NCBI RefSeq assembly: GCF_000143415.4
Contig: NW_003314325.1
Span: 553,419 to 617,418, forward strand
Direction of reading: 5' to 3'
DNA length: 64,000 bases
Origin: Selaginella moellendorffii
Lineage: Eukaryota; Plantae; Lycopodiophyta
Shown piece by piece: positions 62,901 through 64,000 of this stretch. The stretch's first letter is position 1. The number at the start of each line of letters is the position of its first letter. Below the pieces are notes generated by a model. The model was not told where the DNA came from and made no database searches. It saw only the letters and a program-made list of their open reading frames with translations. The position numbers and the translations under genes are program-made.

Positions 62901-64000
62901 CCAGAGCAGCAAGGGTGGCTGACTCAGTTGGTCATTTCCTTGTCAGCGACGGCCGGAAGGTGTCTGAGTGGGTAGCGCATCCGCGTTAGACAAAGAGGTT
63001 ACCCCCTAACTCATTTAAGTCGGTGCATTTCTCATATAGTGTGAGTACCGTGAACTTTTTCTGGAGTTGTTTCCTTGGCGGTATTCTAGACTCGAGTATG
63101 CATCGACGAGGACGTCGATCTTCCCCAAGGGGGGGAGAGTGTCGCGAATATGACTTCAGGTATCGAAAGTTACCTGTCGGCTAGTCCTTTCGGATATTCT
63201 TTCTTACTGCCATGATGGCAGGAGGTCGGTATTGCTGGGCTCGTTATCAGTCTCCGCCTAAGCTAGTTGAGAAACTGGTCATCATATGTGCACTTAGACC
63301 GGAAGGGCACTAAGGAAGGAAATCCTAAGTTGTCATTTAGTCAAGCAGACTTGACACGGTGATGAGAAACTCATGATGTTGGCTTGCACTTGCTAGTGTT
63401 GGGAACCTCCATGATATTGAGCTTGGTCCCTCAATATCGCTAGATGATAGCTTACCGTGTCTGCCAAACACCCTCGCTATCATGCCCTTTTGTGTTAGTT
63501 TCATTTCGGTCCCAAATGCTATTTATGGAAAGTGTCTAGATTTGCTCATTTGGCATATCTACGGAATGTAGAGATCGGCCTGAACACAATGGTGTTCGTC
63601 CCGTGTCCAAATTTGCATTCTAAGGACATTCCATATTTAGTAAGTTTCGAGCTTGTCCCAGAGACTAACTCCTGATACTAAGGGAGGCTTAAGGTGAAAG
63701 CCCAAAGCGTGTGTTCCTCAAGGGGGGGGGGGGGGATGTAGGGGGTTCCAAATGTATAGTAGGGATAGTGGGTAGGTCGGGCATGGCCGACCAACTTGAG
63801 GCATAGTCTAGCTCCCGCTTGCATGCCTGTCCTTGTTCTGCGTCCGGCTTGGGTCTAAGCCCAAGTTCCATTCCATGCTAGCTGGTGGAGTACCCATTTC
63901 CTCACGTTAGGCCACCGGTATGCCGAAAGAGCGCCAAACTTCGTTTGGCTCTGTTTTGCGTGTTGGTCCTGGCATTGGGATGCTGGTGCTCCAGGACTAT
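56998..64000 (+). mobile_element. Non-autonomous (LARD-like) LTR element (element 5); 3' LTR runs off the window
   Basis: 5' LTR 56998-58152, PBS TGGTATCAGAG 58155-58165, ~5-kb interior with no ORF, PPT AAGGGGGGGAGAG 63127-63139, 3' LTR from 63140 near-identical to the 5' LTR. Confidence 0.93.
57603..57702. other. Assembly gap (100 N) after a poly-G run in the element 5 LTR
   Basis: N run; the missing sequence should correspond to about 63738-63842 of the other LTR. Confidence 0.98.

Overview
Plant nuclear DNA, most likely the lycophyte Selaginella (inferred from very compact genes, 43-60 nt introns and PPR debris). A gene-dense core (about 21.3-44.5 kb) is flanked by LTR-retrotransposon clusters. 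The core holds an APM1-type aminopeptidase, a CNMT-like methyltransferase, CCT and NPH3/BTB proteins, tRNA-Thr(CGU), a PAN/apple-like protein, GPC1, a CCR-like reductase, a histidine phosphatase, and pseudogenes of a Crinkler-like nuclease-kinase, PPR and KAS III. On the left are two same-family non-chromovirus Ty3/gypsy copies with 4-bp TSDs, a tRNA-Ala PBS, a -1 frameshift pseudoknot and a shared amber codon in integrase. The second copy carries a nested non-autonomous element. On the right are a near-intact chromovirus (49017-56549, minus strand) and a second non-autonomous element running off the window end. The best novelty candidates are two. First, the chromovirus has two, possibly three, ~50-nt spliceosomal introns inside its integrase, so only spliced RNA can encode an active DDE enzyme. 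Second, its 3' UTR holds a covarying structured RNA (two T-loop hairpins, a GACA-tetraloop stem and a four-way junction) that is kept, and partly duplicated, in the otherwise decayed non-autonomous relative. All comparisons were made by eye.
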